Counted from the stretch's first letter, positions 16,527 through 26,735 are shown. The stretch is DNA of 42,787 bases from Bdellovibrionota bacterium (GCA_044347345.1 JBIKUX010000023.1:1-42787), one strand, 5' to 3'. Program-made: numbers and translations. The notes: generated by a model from the sequence alone, not told the origin.

Positions 16527-17116
16527 GTGGTAAATGCCTCCACATATTTTTCTATCGGCGTTTTGAGTTTCCGAGCATACTTCCTGAGCTTCACGAGATC
16601 AGGCTTCCCATGTTTCCCCGAGAGATATTCTTTGAGTGACTTAATGGCAGTTTCAGTTGTGAGAAAGCGAAATGAATCGACAAGCGTTCTTTCCTTATCA
16701 AAAATAGGTATGTTCACTGAGCCAATCTTCATGCGAGTACTTCCTGTTCTAACATCTCTCATCCTGATTATTTTTGTCTTCGGTCTTTTGGGAGCAAATT
16801 GTTCATTCGGTATGGCAATCCAGAACTGCCTTGGAATTTCCTCGGTGAGCTCGTAAAGAGCAAGTGCAGAGATGAGACAAACTCTTCCGTTGGGAATGCT
16901 TCGAGCAGTTGCTATGAGGTCTTCCCACTCAAGGGGAACTTCTTTGCGCGTCGATTCGTTTCCGCAATACACACCACGGCTAAGCTTCTCTACTTCTCCT
17001 TTCTTAACATAGTACGCGAGTAGGCTAGGGCTTACTCCAAGAGCGCGAGCTTCAGCGGCAGTAAAGCTTGGCTGTTTTAGGAGCTTTTTTATTCTGCTTA
17101 GAGCGGTCTTTGGCAT
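16523..17116 (-). CDS. abiEi: AbiEi-family antitoxin / transcriptional regulator
   Basis: N-terminal wHTH (LSRGVY), VCLISALALYELT, ERTLVD; overlaps abiEii by 4 bp. Confidence 0.9.
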   Translation of the reverse strand: MPKTALSRIKKLLKQPSFTAAEARALGVSPSLLAYYVKKGEVEKLSRGVYCGNESTRKEVPLEWEDLIATARSIPNGRVCLISALALYELTEEIPRQFWIAIPNEQFAPKRPKTKIIRMRDVRTGSTRMKIGSVNIPIFDKERTLVDSFRFLTTETAIKSLKEYLSGKHGKPDLVKLRKYARKLKTPIEKYVEAFTT

Positions 17117-17208
17117 CCTTGCAATTTAGCATATCTACTCAGCAAGCGTCAATGAGTAGGTATGTTAAAATGAAATGGTGTAACAGTGCGGAACAAGGAG
17201 CTTTTACT

Positions 17209-17408
17209 ATTTCAGGAGCTTTCAGAATTGTTCAAAAGTTGGATGCAAAAAGGATGCAACGAAAATAAAAATCCTGTATTCACAAGGGTTTAATGCTGTT
17301 TAGATACTCCACCCCAGTATTGTCCCTTCGGGGAGGGCGTTTTGTTCACTTTGTTTTGTTCACTGCACGCAGCGTGGAGTTCGCCGTGGCGCTTTTAAAC
17401 TATCGCTC
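17209..17408 (+). repeat. attR-like right-end cassette, copy 3, plus downstream homologous segment
   Basis: ATTTCAGGA (17209), GGATGCA-AAAA-GGATGCA (17241-17258), AGATACTC-CACCCCA (ends 17316), then GTATTGTCCCTT...TATCGCTC similar to 14916-15022. Confidence 0.75.
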
Positions 17409-17475
17409 GGCGCACAACACGTTTTACATTTAAGTAACGCTTGACACATTTGTTGAAATTATGACCGTTAAAAAC

Positions 17476-18340
17476 TCATTTCTTTAAGCCGTCGATATAA
17501 TCTGAAATCGACTTTTCGGTTGCCAACCAGTTACGAGCCTTTTTGTGCGCATCAATTTTTCCTTGTCGAGCTAGCAGGCTTAAATATTCCTGTGAGTAGG
17601 GGCACTTTTTGGCAGGAACAGATAATGGAACATATTCGCTACTTCCTAGAGCTCCACAACTCTCAAGATACAAATCAAGAGAGCGTTCCACAGCTTGTGC
17701 AATAAGCAAGACAAATTCTTTATAGTTGCCGCTGTTAGCCTGGTTGAGGGAGCGATAATACTGTTTTTATGTTGTTCTTTAAAATGATAGCTGGCGGATA
17801 GCCAAATTTAAAAAAGAGAAGATTCATTAACAATCGGGCGGTTCTCCCGTTTCCGTCAAAGAATGGATGGATCCAAACAAACCTATGATGAAATCTTGAT
17901 ATCAGCTCAACTTGATGAAGCTTGTCGGGGTTATCATTTGTGTATATCAATAGCTCCTTCATCAGGGCGCTGACCTTTATAAAATTAGGAGGGATGAAAT
18001 TTGCTCCTAGTATTCGGATTTGACCGTTTCTATATCGACCCGTGAATCCAGATTCAATATTCTCTAAAACCAAGCTATGAATGCTAAAAATATCTTTCTC
18101 ATTTAGAGTATACTTTGGTCTAGCCAGTTCCTCGACAAAGTAAATTGCTTTCTCATGGTTTTTTGCCTCAAAGTGCTCACGGAGATTTCTGCCCTTGATA
18201 GTTATTCCCTGCTCAAGAACCAATTGAGTTTCTTGCAACGTGAGAGTGTTGCCTTCGATAGCGTTTGAATTGTAGGTCCACTCGATAGCCAGTTCAGATT
18301 TAAGACGTTGTAATACTACTTGGGGTAGTGGGCGTAGCTT
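17476..18340 (-). pseudogene. Frameshifted, N-terminally truncated Fic-domain protein with C-terminal HTH
   Basis: HPFFDGNGRTAR Fic motif. The frame switches at the A5 run (+ strand T5 at 17764-17768) and continues as KQYYRSLNQANSGNYKEFVLLIAQAVERSL into ORF 17476-17709. The 5' end abuts kdpA-derived DNA. Confidence 0.85.
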
Positions 18341-19117
18341 CGCAAGTTGCGATAAAGCAGCTTGGAACAAACGGGGGCTTATACTTTAACGTTAATTTAG
18401 CTCACCCACTAGAGAATCCGACACCGTTGTCCAATTTAATTAAGCTCATCTCTATTCTTCTTATTTCTGGAGCGTAGCGTGTTGCTTTGCTTGCGGACGA
18501 CTCGTAAAGGATACGCGTCAGTCAAGGGGGGTAGCGTTATATTCTATCATGACCGCTGTGAGCCTTGTGGCAACGCTCTACACCCTCTACTTCGAGCAGT
18601 ATCCAACCCCAAAGCTATTCCCTGAGACGGTAGCGGAGTACTAGAGCCTACCTCAGAGATGCCTGGCTGTAATATGGAGGGTAAAGAAACACGGCTTGGA
18701 GAACAGACTCAAGCTTGTGGGCGGTGGCAACCACGGCGGCAAGTAACGGCTCAGTTAACCCCATGCACCACTCATACACACCATTTGGAGGACTCATTCC
18801 TCTAGCGATAATGCAACTTGGCGAAGTGATCTGTGGCGGTGTCGGCTCTAGTCTTTAGGAAGTGATCGCTTTTGTCCTCGTTACTGTCTTTATAGCGGGT
18901 ATTATGGTCGGACGTATGCTCTCGAGTATTTGGGCGAAAAAATCGACGTCTTTGACATCAAGATGGTTTCAGTAATTGTACTCATCCTGAGCGTTCTTGT
19001 GCTTGCGGGAGCCGCTCTTACTATTGCTGCATGGATAGGGAGTGCGCGTTGGTCTCCAACTCTGGCTCTTACGGCTTTACGCAAATCCTCTATGCTTACA
19101 CATTAATGGATAACAAC
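18334..19117 (+). pseudogene. kdpA: Decayed internal fragment of K+-transporting ATPase subunit A
   Basis: Manual translation across stops and frameshifts gives [93 protein letters not shown]; all are KdpA signature segments in the correct order. Confidence 0.88.
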
Positions 19118-19219
19118 TTCAGCAAAACTGCTCCCCTCAACCCCCAGGCAGATATTAGTGCTCGGCAGCTCCCCAGGTGCCCCCCGCCCGCCCCATACCA
19201 CAGATAAAGTCTGCACCGA

Positions 19220-19480
19220 GACCGCCCGCATGGTTTGCTAACGAGGGCATCCATATCCGCCAACAGTGTCGCCCCGAAAGCGTCGCCGAGATTGAGTCGG
19301 CGTACCAGCAAGCCGGAGTAACTGCCGAAGTTGTTGCCTTTATCGAGCGCATGGAAGAAGCTCTCGCCTGGGCTTACATAGTAGTAGTCACCCGAGCCCG
19401 AGCAGCATGAGAACGCGAGCATGAGAACGCGAATGTGGTAGTGCAGCGTGGTCAGGGGGTGGTTTTGGACGTAAGCGAGG
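19220..19480 (+). pseudogene. Decayed C-terminal fragment of a MurG-like glycosyltransferase
   Basis: AYQQAGVTAEVVAFIERMEEALAWAYIVVVTRA followed by EHENANVVVQRGQGVVL, matching the MurG C-domain pattern. A short duplication of AGCATGAGAACGCG is present. Confidence 0.65.
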
Positions 19481-19852
19481 AGGTGGATTCTCCACATTGT
19501 TAGAGCGACTACAAAATTTTATTTCGCTGCTTTTTAAAGATTATAGCAACTATCTACGCTCACCTGAGCAGAGTAGCACTAGCACCGTAGCGGAACTTAT
19601 TGCGCGTATTATCATAGATTTAGCTAAGTAGCGCTGCTTTGCGCGGCGCTCATTTTGCGCGAGAATCTACCTTTCAACTGAAAAGTGAAAGATGCACCAG
19701 GTGCATAATGCTGTGCTGTTTTAACTTACATTAGAAGCAAACATAGGTATAACTGGGACTGATATAGAAGACGCTTGTTGCTTTTGGGATTTTATAAGTA
19801 ACAACCGTAAGATCTACAAGAATGTTTGACCTCATTCAGGAGACGAGGAGTC

Positions 19853-22189
19853 ATGTCGACCGGTACACTTACACTTTCACCAGCTGCTGAAACTGCGCTC
19901 GTTGTTAATCAACAGAATTCTCCAGAAGAGTTGGCAAAAATTGAAGAAGCAAGGCAGCGGCTTATAGTCCAAGCTCAGGCCGAGCTCATTGGTCGTCCTG
20001 GAACAGTAGTTAAGTCTACTATTCTTCAGCTCAGGCCACCGACCGAGGGAATTGCACCTACTCCGCCTACCCCGGATACCATTGAGCCTCTGCGACCCTA
20101 TTCCTTGAAGGGGTTCCGTGGACAGACGGATAATTTCAGGAGAGACACTATTTTTTACGTAACAGTTGATGGGAAGGCAGTAGATGTTAGCCCTCAATCT
20201 CTTGAAAATGCTGGCTTAACTGCTGCAAAGCAACCCAATGATTGGGCGCTAAGTGTTGGAACCGCCACTAGCGGCGGTACGGCGACTGTGCCTATAGAAA
20301 AAATGGCGCAAGTTTTGGGGATCACGGTTAAGCAGGCCGAGGCTTTGGTGGTTCCAATATCAAAGCCCGAGCCGATCCCGCCGGGGGCTGTTTACGCTCA
20401 AGTGACGAAGGATGGCAAGGTAGTTGGGCATATACTCCTCAAAGAGCGACCGCCCGAGAAGATTGACGGAAACCCTGGTGATCCAGGAAAGCCGGGTACG
20501 CCTGGCAAAGATGTGACCGTGGCGGTTACTGCTAGCAGGGAGCAAACTGCACTCGGCCACGCACCTAGAGCACACTTGAACGCCGTACCAGGGGGCGGGG
20601 TCACAGGGGCAGCAGGGGTAGAGTTTAACTCAGGAGCGTTTGGTGGGGTCGCACAAGTTACTGCTAGCACTAACGTTTTAAACAACAAAGTAGAGCTTTT
20701 AGCTGGCGGGACATATCTGCTTTCCAATGGTAAGACAGCTAAGGATGTAGAAGGAACAGGTCAGTTGGTAGGTCAGGCGGGTTATCTGGTGACGGATGGA
20801 TTCAAGGTTGTTGGAGGCGCCTTCCAGCTTATTGACGCCCAAATAGGTGGTACAACGACGTCCATAGCCACGACTGTGGACGGTGAACCGATTGGCGAAA
20901 ATCTGTCAACCACCATTATTGCTGATGGCAACCCGGGTGGTCTTTACGCCGGTGTCAATGCAAGGTTCCAGCTTGGGACCAATACAGAGATAAAGACGCA
21001 AGCGACGGTAAATCAAACGCTTTGGGGCAATGACCCATATGGAACCCCAACACCGACCCTCCGTGGAGACGTCCAGCTGCAACAACACTTTGGTGATTTT
21101 AGTTTGGCTGCGGCTGCTGGAACCAGTTATCGGACCGGGGCTCTGCCTGAGGGCGCAACCCGCGCAAACTATAACCTATCCCTTGCTGCCTCGGTTGCTC
21201 TTGGCCCCAAGCCTGGTGGTTGGGAATCGGCAATAGTTGGTGGGGAGGCACCCGGACAGACGGGCCAAGTTGTGGTAACGCCGGAACTAACTGCCACTAC
21301 CATGAACCATAAGCAAGATGGTCCAAACCCGGATGTAGCTTGGTTAACGGCTTACCAAGTTCAGGTCACGGAAAAGGTGACCCAGGAACCTAATGGAACA
21401 TTCTCTGGGGCTTGGGTGGTGCAATTCCAGCCAAATGATATTCCAGGTGCTTCTGCACAAGCTTTACAGATCGGACCTGTGAGTGGGAAGTCTAGGGAGG
21501 AAATAGATGAAATGCGCGCTACCATCGAAGCCGCAGCTGATGGTTTCAATCCTAATCTGCAACGAAGTGGTGTAACCAGGAAGCTAATAGCTGATGATGC
21601 CGCCGTGGCTGCGCAGCTGCTAAGTACATTTCAAGAGAAGTTGCCAGGTGTTCCATTAGCTCCGATTGATGCTACTGCGGTTCCAACTGGTGACGAGATA
21701 TCTTCGAGTTTGGTGGCCGCTGAAGCTGCCAGTACCACCGCCGAAGTTGATGCGCAGCGAGCCCAGCAATTGGCTGTTATTCAACAAGCAACGGACGTAT
21801 TGGCGGCCGACGTAACTCGGCCCCTAACGCCTACTGAACTTGAACAGCGCAGAGCTGCAATAGCTGCACTTACCCCAGGCGGGATACACAGGGTTGTGAT
21901 AGGCACAGACGGCGAATTGCTGGCATCTCAGGCAGGGGTGCCAGTTGATCCGCAAAATATTATACCCGCAGCCGATCCGTTGCACTCAAAAGGCGTAGTT
22001 GGGAATGACCCAGTCCCTGATGGTGCTTTGGACCTCGTAGTAATGGGCGAAGACGGTATCCCAGTTGCTCCAGTGAGACCAGGATCTCTTCCGGGTCAAG
22101 TTCAGGCGGCTAGTCCGGTGGTGGGACAACCCGGTAAAGCGCGAGAGGAAAACCGGCTAACACTCCAGCAGGCTGGAGTGATTAGGTAA
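19853..22189 (+). CDS. Large hypothetical protein (~778 aa) with a central amphipathic beta-strand region
   Basis: GAGGAG RBS before ATG 19853; long uninterrupted ORF rich in A/G/T/V/P/Q; no signal peptide seen. Confidence 0.8.
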   Translation: MSTGTLTLSPAAETALVVNQQNSPEELAKIEEARQRLIVQAQAELIGRPGTVVKSTILQLRPPTEGIAPTPPTPDTIEPLRPYSLKGFRGQTDNFRRDTIFYVTVDGKAVDVSPQSLENAGLTAAKQPNDWALSVGTATSGGTATVPIEKMAQVLGITVKQAEALVVPISKPEPIPPGAVYAQVTKDGKVVGHILLKERPPEKIDGNPGDPGKPGTPGKDVTVAVTASREQTALGHAPRAHLNAVPGGGVTGAAGVEFNSGAFGGVAQVTASTNVLNNKVELLAGGTYLLSNGKTAKDVEGTGQLVGQAGYLVTDGFKVVGGAFQLIDAQIGGTTTSIATTVDGEPIGENLSTTIIADGNPGGLYAGVNARFQLGTNTEIKTQATVNQTLWGNDPYGTPTPTLRGDVQLQQHFGDFSLAAAAGTSYRTGALPEGATRANYNLSLAASVALGPKPGGWESAIVGGEAPGQTGQVVVTPELTATTMNHKQDGPNPDVAWLTAYQVQVTEKVTQEPNGTFSGAWVVQFQPNDIPGASAQALQIGPVSGKSREEIDEMRATIEAAADGFNPNLQRSGVTRKLIADDAAVAAQLLSTFQEKLPGVPLAPIDATAVPTGDEISSSLVAAEAASTTAEVDAQRAQQLAVIQQATDVLAADVTRPLTPTELEQRRAAIAALTPGGIHRVVIGTDGELLASQAGVPVDPQNIIPAADPLHSKGVVGNDPVPDGALDLVVMGEDGIPVAPVRPGSLPGQVQAASPVVGQPGKAREENRLTLQQAGVIR

Positions 22190-22216
22190 AAACCGTGAAT
22201 CGGTTCCTGATAACGT

Positions 22217-22246
22217 AAAAAAAGGGGGCAGAGTCCCCCTTTTTTT
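22217..22246. terminator. Bidirectional intrinsic terminator
   Basis: A7-GGGGG-cagagt-CCCCC-T7. Confidence 0.88.
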
Positions 22247-22364
22247 ATGGCAGCTACCGCATCGACTAAGAGGATTTACCATTTTTTATTGTTCTCCCCC
22301 TGGTTGTGCGACAACTTTTGGGTGCGGCAGATTAGGTGGATAGAGAAAGCTAGTGAGTATTATT

Positions 22365-24248
22365 ATGGCTGATACTGTTACAACGCCTGTTATTGGTGGT
22401 GGTGCTTTAGATGAAACCACACCTGGCGCTATGCTTCCACAGGCAAGCCCAGTTGCCACGTCGGAAGCTGTAACCCCGCCACCTCAACCGACGGGGGAAG
22501 TATTGACCCGCCGTGGGCAGGGGAGAATTCATGGCAGTGTGGGGGCGTCTCCGCAAGGTGCGACCCTACAGCTGATGTACACCACGCCGCAACGAGAGAC
22601 TCTATATCCAGACGGCGCCTCGCGCGCACAAACTCTTCAGTTCGGTGGCGGTTATGGTCAGAATGAGGGGCCAATTCTCACCTTCGGTTTGAATAATTCT
22701 AGTGTTGTTCCTGTTGATAGCAGCCCTGATAAACCGCAAACTCGCACCGATTCCACACAGGCTGGCTTGAGACTGTCTCTCGATGGCCCCGGGGTGTATG
22801 CTGAGAGAAAGTCTATATTAACTGGAGATGGGGGGGAAGAGCGTTCCAATTCAATCGGTGGCGTTTTAAGCTTTAACCCTAGTTTTTTTTATTCTAATAC
22901 AACTGCCGCCACTAATCCTGATGGTAGAACGGTGCTATCTCAAGGTGCCACAGCTAATAAACAACAGTTCGGGCTATCTCTTGGTCTAACCGGACCAGGT
23001 GTAATTTTTGGTGGTGTTCTAGACCAGGAAGAAAACCAATTTTATTCTATCGGGATAAACAGCAGGGGAATACCTGATAATGGCTCGCGTGGGGTTATTG
23101 GTAATGTTCTTGAAGTGCTGCCCTCTCCTCTCACGCTGACCCGTGTTAATGCACCTGATCATTACACAGCACAGTTCTCGTACCCGGTTTTTGATGAAAA
23201 TGGGCAAGTTGTGCGAATAGCAACTAACGGTGGGCTCACCGACCAATCGACAACTTTTAAACTGCTTTTTGGTATCGTTCCTGTCGTCTACACAAGTGGA
23301 CAGAGGGTTGGTGATGTAGTTCTTAGTGACGCAAACAAGCAACTGGTTGAGGTTTACAACCAATACGTCGCACCTGAGCAGGAACGTTTGGGAGACTTTC
23401 TATTAAATATAGCGGCTGTTTTTCCCCCAGAACAGTGGCCAACTCTACTTAATAATCCAGCGGCAGTTCCGCCGGAAATTCTAAGTGCGATACCAGGATC
23501 TGCGTCGGTTGACCCTGAAGGTATGGTGACTCCGGACCAACTGGTCGAACTTTTGATGCCGCAGGTTGAGGCATTGTATCGAGAGAGTTTGCCAGAGGCG
23601 TTTGCCACACCTGAAGTGGAACAGGAAAATCTTTCGCAGTTACGAGCGCTGGTTCTTGAGGCTGCACCGTATATAGTCCGACCGGTAGTGTTAGAGCCAG
23701 CGCAAGCTATCGCGCAGGAGGGGAATAGAGTTACTCCTTACTCAACTTTAGACCACAAATATGTGCTAGATGGAGGCCTCTCTTACAGCATCGTAGAAAG
23801 GGACGGGATAACTTATCTCGAGGTAGTTCCGGTGCTGACTGCTCAAGCCACTGAAACGGCAGACTTGGATTCCTATCAAGATGGACTTAATCGATCAAGC
23901 GCTAGGCCAGTTTATCATAGAGTTGGCCCAGTCACGAGTTTACGTGGCGAGCCTGTGGCTTTCCCGGTTGAGGCTGGCATGAGCTTAGCTGACGCGCAAA
24001 AATTCGTTCTAAACGACCCTGAACAGGCTGCAGTAATTCAAAGGCTTCTATCGGTTAGGCAGGAAGCGGTTGAAGAGTTATCAAGATTATTGCATACGTC
24101 GATAAATATGAACCAAGTTGTTGTAAATACCGCTGCCAAGGGTGATGAGCTTGCTGATTCAACCCAATTTAACCACGCCTTAGCAGCCTTTCTAGCGCGC
24201 GATCCTTCGGCGATAGATCTTGGCTTAAGACGTTACATCCCAGCGTAG
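22365..24248 (+). CDS. Large hypothetical protein (~627 aa), Gly-rich beta region plus acidic helical region
   Basis: Long ORF with a T/P-rich N-terminus and internal repeat GLRLSLDGPGV / GLSLGLTGPGV. Confidence 0.8.
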   Translation: MADTVTTPVIGGGALDETTPGAMLPQASPVATSEAVTPPPQPTGEVLTRRGQGRIHGSVGASPQGATLQLMYTTPQRETLYPDGASRAQTLQFGGGYGQNEGPILTFGLNNSSVVPVDSSPDKPQTRTDSTQAGLRLSLDGPGVYAERKSILTGDGGEERSNSIGGVLSFNPSFFYSNTTAATNPDGRTVLSQGATANKQQFGLSLGLTGPGVIFGGVLDQEENQFYSIGINSRGIPDNGSRGVIGNVLEVLPSPLTLTRVNAPDHYTAQFSYPVFDENGQVVRIATNGGLTDQSTTFKLLFGIVPVVYTSGQRVGDVVLSDANKQLVEVYNQYVAPEQERLGDFLLNIAAVFPPEQWPTLLNNPAAVPPEILSAIPGSASVDPEGMVTPDQLVELLMPQVEALYRESLPEAFATPEVEQENLSQLRALVLEAAPYIVRPVVLEPAQAIAQEGNRVTPYSTLDHKYVLDGGLSYSIVERDGITYLEVVPVLTAQATETADLDSYQDGLNRSSARPVYHRVGPVTSLRGEPVAFPVEAGMSLADAQKFVLNDPEQAAVIQRLLSVRQEAVEELSRLLHTSINMNQVVVNTAAKGDELADSTQFNHALAAFLARDPSAIDLGLRRYIPA

Positions 24249-24319
24249 ATCTGTGAAACAGAAAAGGTAAAACAAAAGTGACTAAGCATTAATTTTTAAT
24301 AATAAGGTAAGTACAAAAA

Positions 24320-25423
24320 ATGGGAACTGCAACTCATACAGCAACACAACATACGGAACCCGAAACGCCAGGTACTAGAAACCAAGATACGGTGCCGGCA
24401 GCACCGCTTGAAGATAAACAGGCGCGGGTGCTAGATACAAACGGGCAGGTATACTATGCCGTTTACGATCCTAGCAATCGGCTCATTAAAGTTGACGCTC
24501 TTGCTAACAGCTTAAACGACGGCGGATTTATCTTTCTTAATGACAAGGGTCAGGTAACGGGATTTACACCCGACCCTAAGGCAGCAATTTCCGAAGATGC
24601 GTTAAATGATTTAATCGCTCAACTCGGGTTGACCCGTGCGGCAGCACAGGAGCAGGTGCCATCACCACCACCACCACCTAGTGGCCAGGCTGACACATCG
24701 ACGGCTACTGACCTCACCCAAGCTCAGTATCTTACTGAACTTGCGAAGCTGACGAATGCAAGACAGTATTTAACTGAGATCGACGGAGTAACTTACCTAG
24801 CAACCTACTACCCGACAGAGCAAGCTGTAAAGTTGGTGCCTAACCGAGAGAACGAAACTTCCAAGGCTGAAATTGTTGTTTACTTCAACGTTGATGGAGA
24901 GGAGGTAACGGCTACCCAGAAAACAGTTGATGATGCTGGTAACATCGTGGACGACAGTTTGGCAAATCCAAAAGTCGCGGACACAGCACTCGCGACTAGA
25001 GTTTTGAGGGACCTTAAGGGGCTGTATGACTCGTTAGCGGGGGATGCAACAACGTCAGCTCCAGAAACGGCGCAGCAAACCGCAGGGGAAGCTCCCCGGA
25101 CTGTAGCTGAGTTATACGAGGTCCTTAGTGGCCCCGGAGCAGCAATACCTCTCTCAGTTCCTGGGGCGTCCGCAACCTTTGACCCTGCAACCAAGGTGGT
25201 AGTAGTTAATCGTCCAGATGAGGAACCAGTAGGTGTTTATTTTGCAACTAGTGACAACGGCCAGGCCGTGCCTGTAACATTGGTAGTAGATGCGGCGACG
25301 GGTCAGCTTGTTCTCGATGCAGAGAACAAGGCTAAGACTAGTGCTACATCTGTTCCTCCAGAGATTGCCAAAGCTATCTTCGATCAACTGTTAGCGAAGT
25401 ACGCTGAGATAAAACAGGGATGA
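24320..25423 (+). CDS. Hypothetical acidic protein (367 aa) with three divergent internal repeats
   Basis: YYAVYDPSNRLIKV / YLATYYPTEQAVKL / SATFDPATKVVVV, each followed by an (I/V)(F/Y)(L/F)..G motif, separated by P/T/A linkers. Confidence 0.8.
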   Translation: MGTATHTATQHTEPETPGTRNQDTVPAAPLEDKQARVLDTNGQVYYAVYDPSNRLIKVDALANSLNDGGFIFLNDKGQVTGFTPDPKAAISEDALNDLIAQLGLTRAAAQEQVPSPPPPPSGQADTSTATDLTQAQYLTELAKLTNARQYLTEIDGVTYLATYYPTEQAVKLVPNRENETSKAEIVVYFNVDGEEVTATQKTVDDAGNIVDDSLANPKVADTALATRVLRDLKGLYDSLAGDATTSAPETAQQTAGEAPRTVAELYEVLSGPGAAIPLSVPGASATFDPATKVVVVNRPDEEPVGVYFATSDNGQAVPVTLVVDAATGQLVLDAENKAKTSATSVPPEIAKAIFDQLLAKYAEIKQG

Positions 25424-25449
25424 AGCTTGCCTTAAGTACCTGTGCGACG

Positions 25450-26260
25450 CCCTAACTATCCCACCCTAATGACGCCCCCCGCCCGCGGTACTCCTGTCTA
25501 ACAGGAGTTTCCTACAAGAGAGAGGGGTTGGGGGGTGAAGAGGCTAGCTGGGTTTGGGTAGGCTAGTGAGCCGCTGGTTTATGAGCCGAGTGGTAAGATT
25601 ACTTATTTTAGGCTTTTTCCGACTAATGATGTGCAGGGGGAGCTCCGCGTGGGCGCACGTATGTTCGGCATGGTCGGGAGTTGTACGGTAAGGGGCTAGC
25701 AGACTTTGTTTGCGAAGGAGTTTGCGTGGCTCTGGGTAGGACTGTCGCAGGCCTTGATGGGATAGAGATCCGCGCGCTTCTAATTATAGGGCGCTAGCAA
25801 CATCTATCCGTGAACAGCAGGCTGATGTGATCTATTTTTTTGGGGGGGCGACCATCCAAAAAAACGGTGGGCAGCTTGCTATGATTCTGCGGGCGCTGCA
25901 GGTTACGGCACCCTTTATTACTTCAGATCGGTGTTTTGAACATGCGTTTATTAATCCGCTGGTGGGGACGTTTTGGAGGGAAATAGTTTCTCTACGTTTG
26001 GTTGACTACCGCCAGAACGACTTACCGGTAAAAGCAAAGTGTTTATTGACACCTACCGCGCAACTTTTGGGATACGGTCTGAAGCTTTTGCAATCTATGG
26101 CTACGAGTCGGCTAAGGTCGTTTTAGAGGGGTTGCGCCGTGCGGAACCTATTCTTCTTGACCGCCGCGCGATTATGACGGCGGTGCGCGAGTTGCGAGAT
26201 TTTCCGGGGAGGGAATCTTAGGGACTTCGAGCTTTGAGCCTAGTGGGGCGACATATCTTT
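25450..26260 (+). pseudogene. Decayed branched-chain amino acid ABC substrate-binding protein (LivJ/K-like)
   Basis: Fragments YFRLFPTNDVQG, YGKGLAD, ADVIYFFGG and FIDTYRATFG...AIYGYESAKVVLEGL occur in order across frameshifts. Confidence 0.7.
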
Positions 26261-26408
26261 AAATACTATGAGCCTTTATAGTCGTTGCGTGATTTTTGTA
26301 TCATGTCAATAACTACTTAGTTTGTGTGACTTTTACACTTTTACGAGCTTTGTGATAACAAAGCTTTATCGTTAGTTGATACTTGGCATAAGTGATTTTA
26401 AGAGTACT

Positions 26409-26735
26409 ATGTCAAAGCCTCAGCTAAATATCTCCTCGATGAATCCAAAATATTTTATAGAGCCTAAAAATACAAACTCTAATGAGCAGCGTTTTGCTTT
26501 ACCAGCTGTCGGCTCACAACCTCCTACAATGGGGCTAAAGGGGAGCCCACCACCTTCTCAAGACTCACCAACCCAAACAAAACCACCACCTTCACAACGA
26601 CCACCAGCTCCACCACCGGTGCAACCACCACCAGCACAGACACCACCAGGAACAGGAACAGACCTTCATGGCCCTAATATACCTAGGTGCGGTAGCTCTG
26701 AAGCAAATAATGCTCCTGCATGTAGGGGCTCTTGA
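26409..26735 (+). CDS. Proline-rich low-complexity hypothetical protein
   Basis: ATG ORF with repeated PPPSQ/PPPAQ units and two C-terminal Cys. Confidence 0.5.
   Translation: MSKPQLNISSMNPKYFIEPKNTNSNEQRFALPAVGSQPPTMGLKGSPPPSQDSPTQTKPPPSQRPPAPPPVQPPPAQTPPGTGTDLHGPNIPRCGSSEANNAPACRGS

Noticed and set aside
18400-18408. GCTCACCCA as an outer attR
   Set aside because: It encodes the conserved AHP of the KdpA AHPxENP motif and lacks the arm-site cassette.
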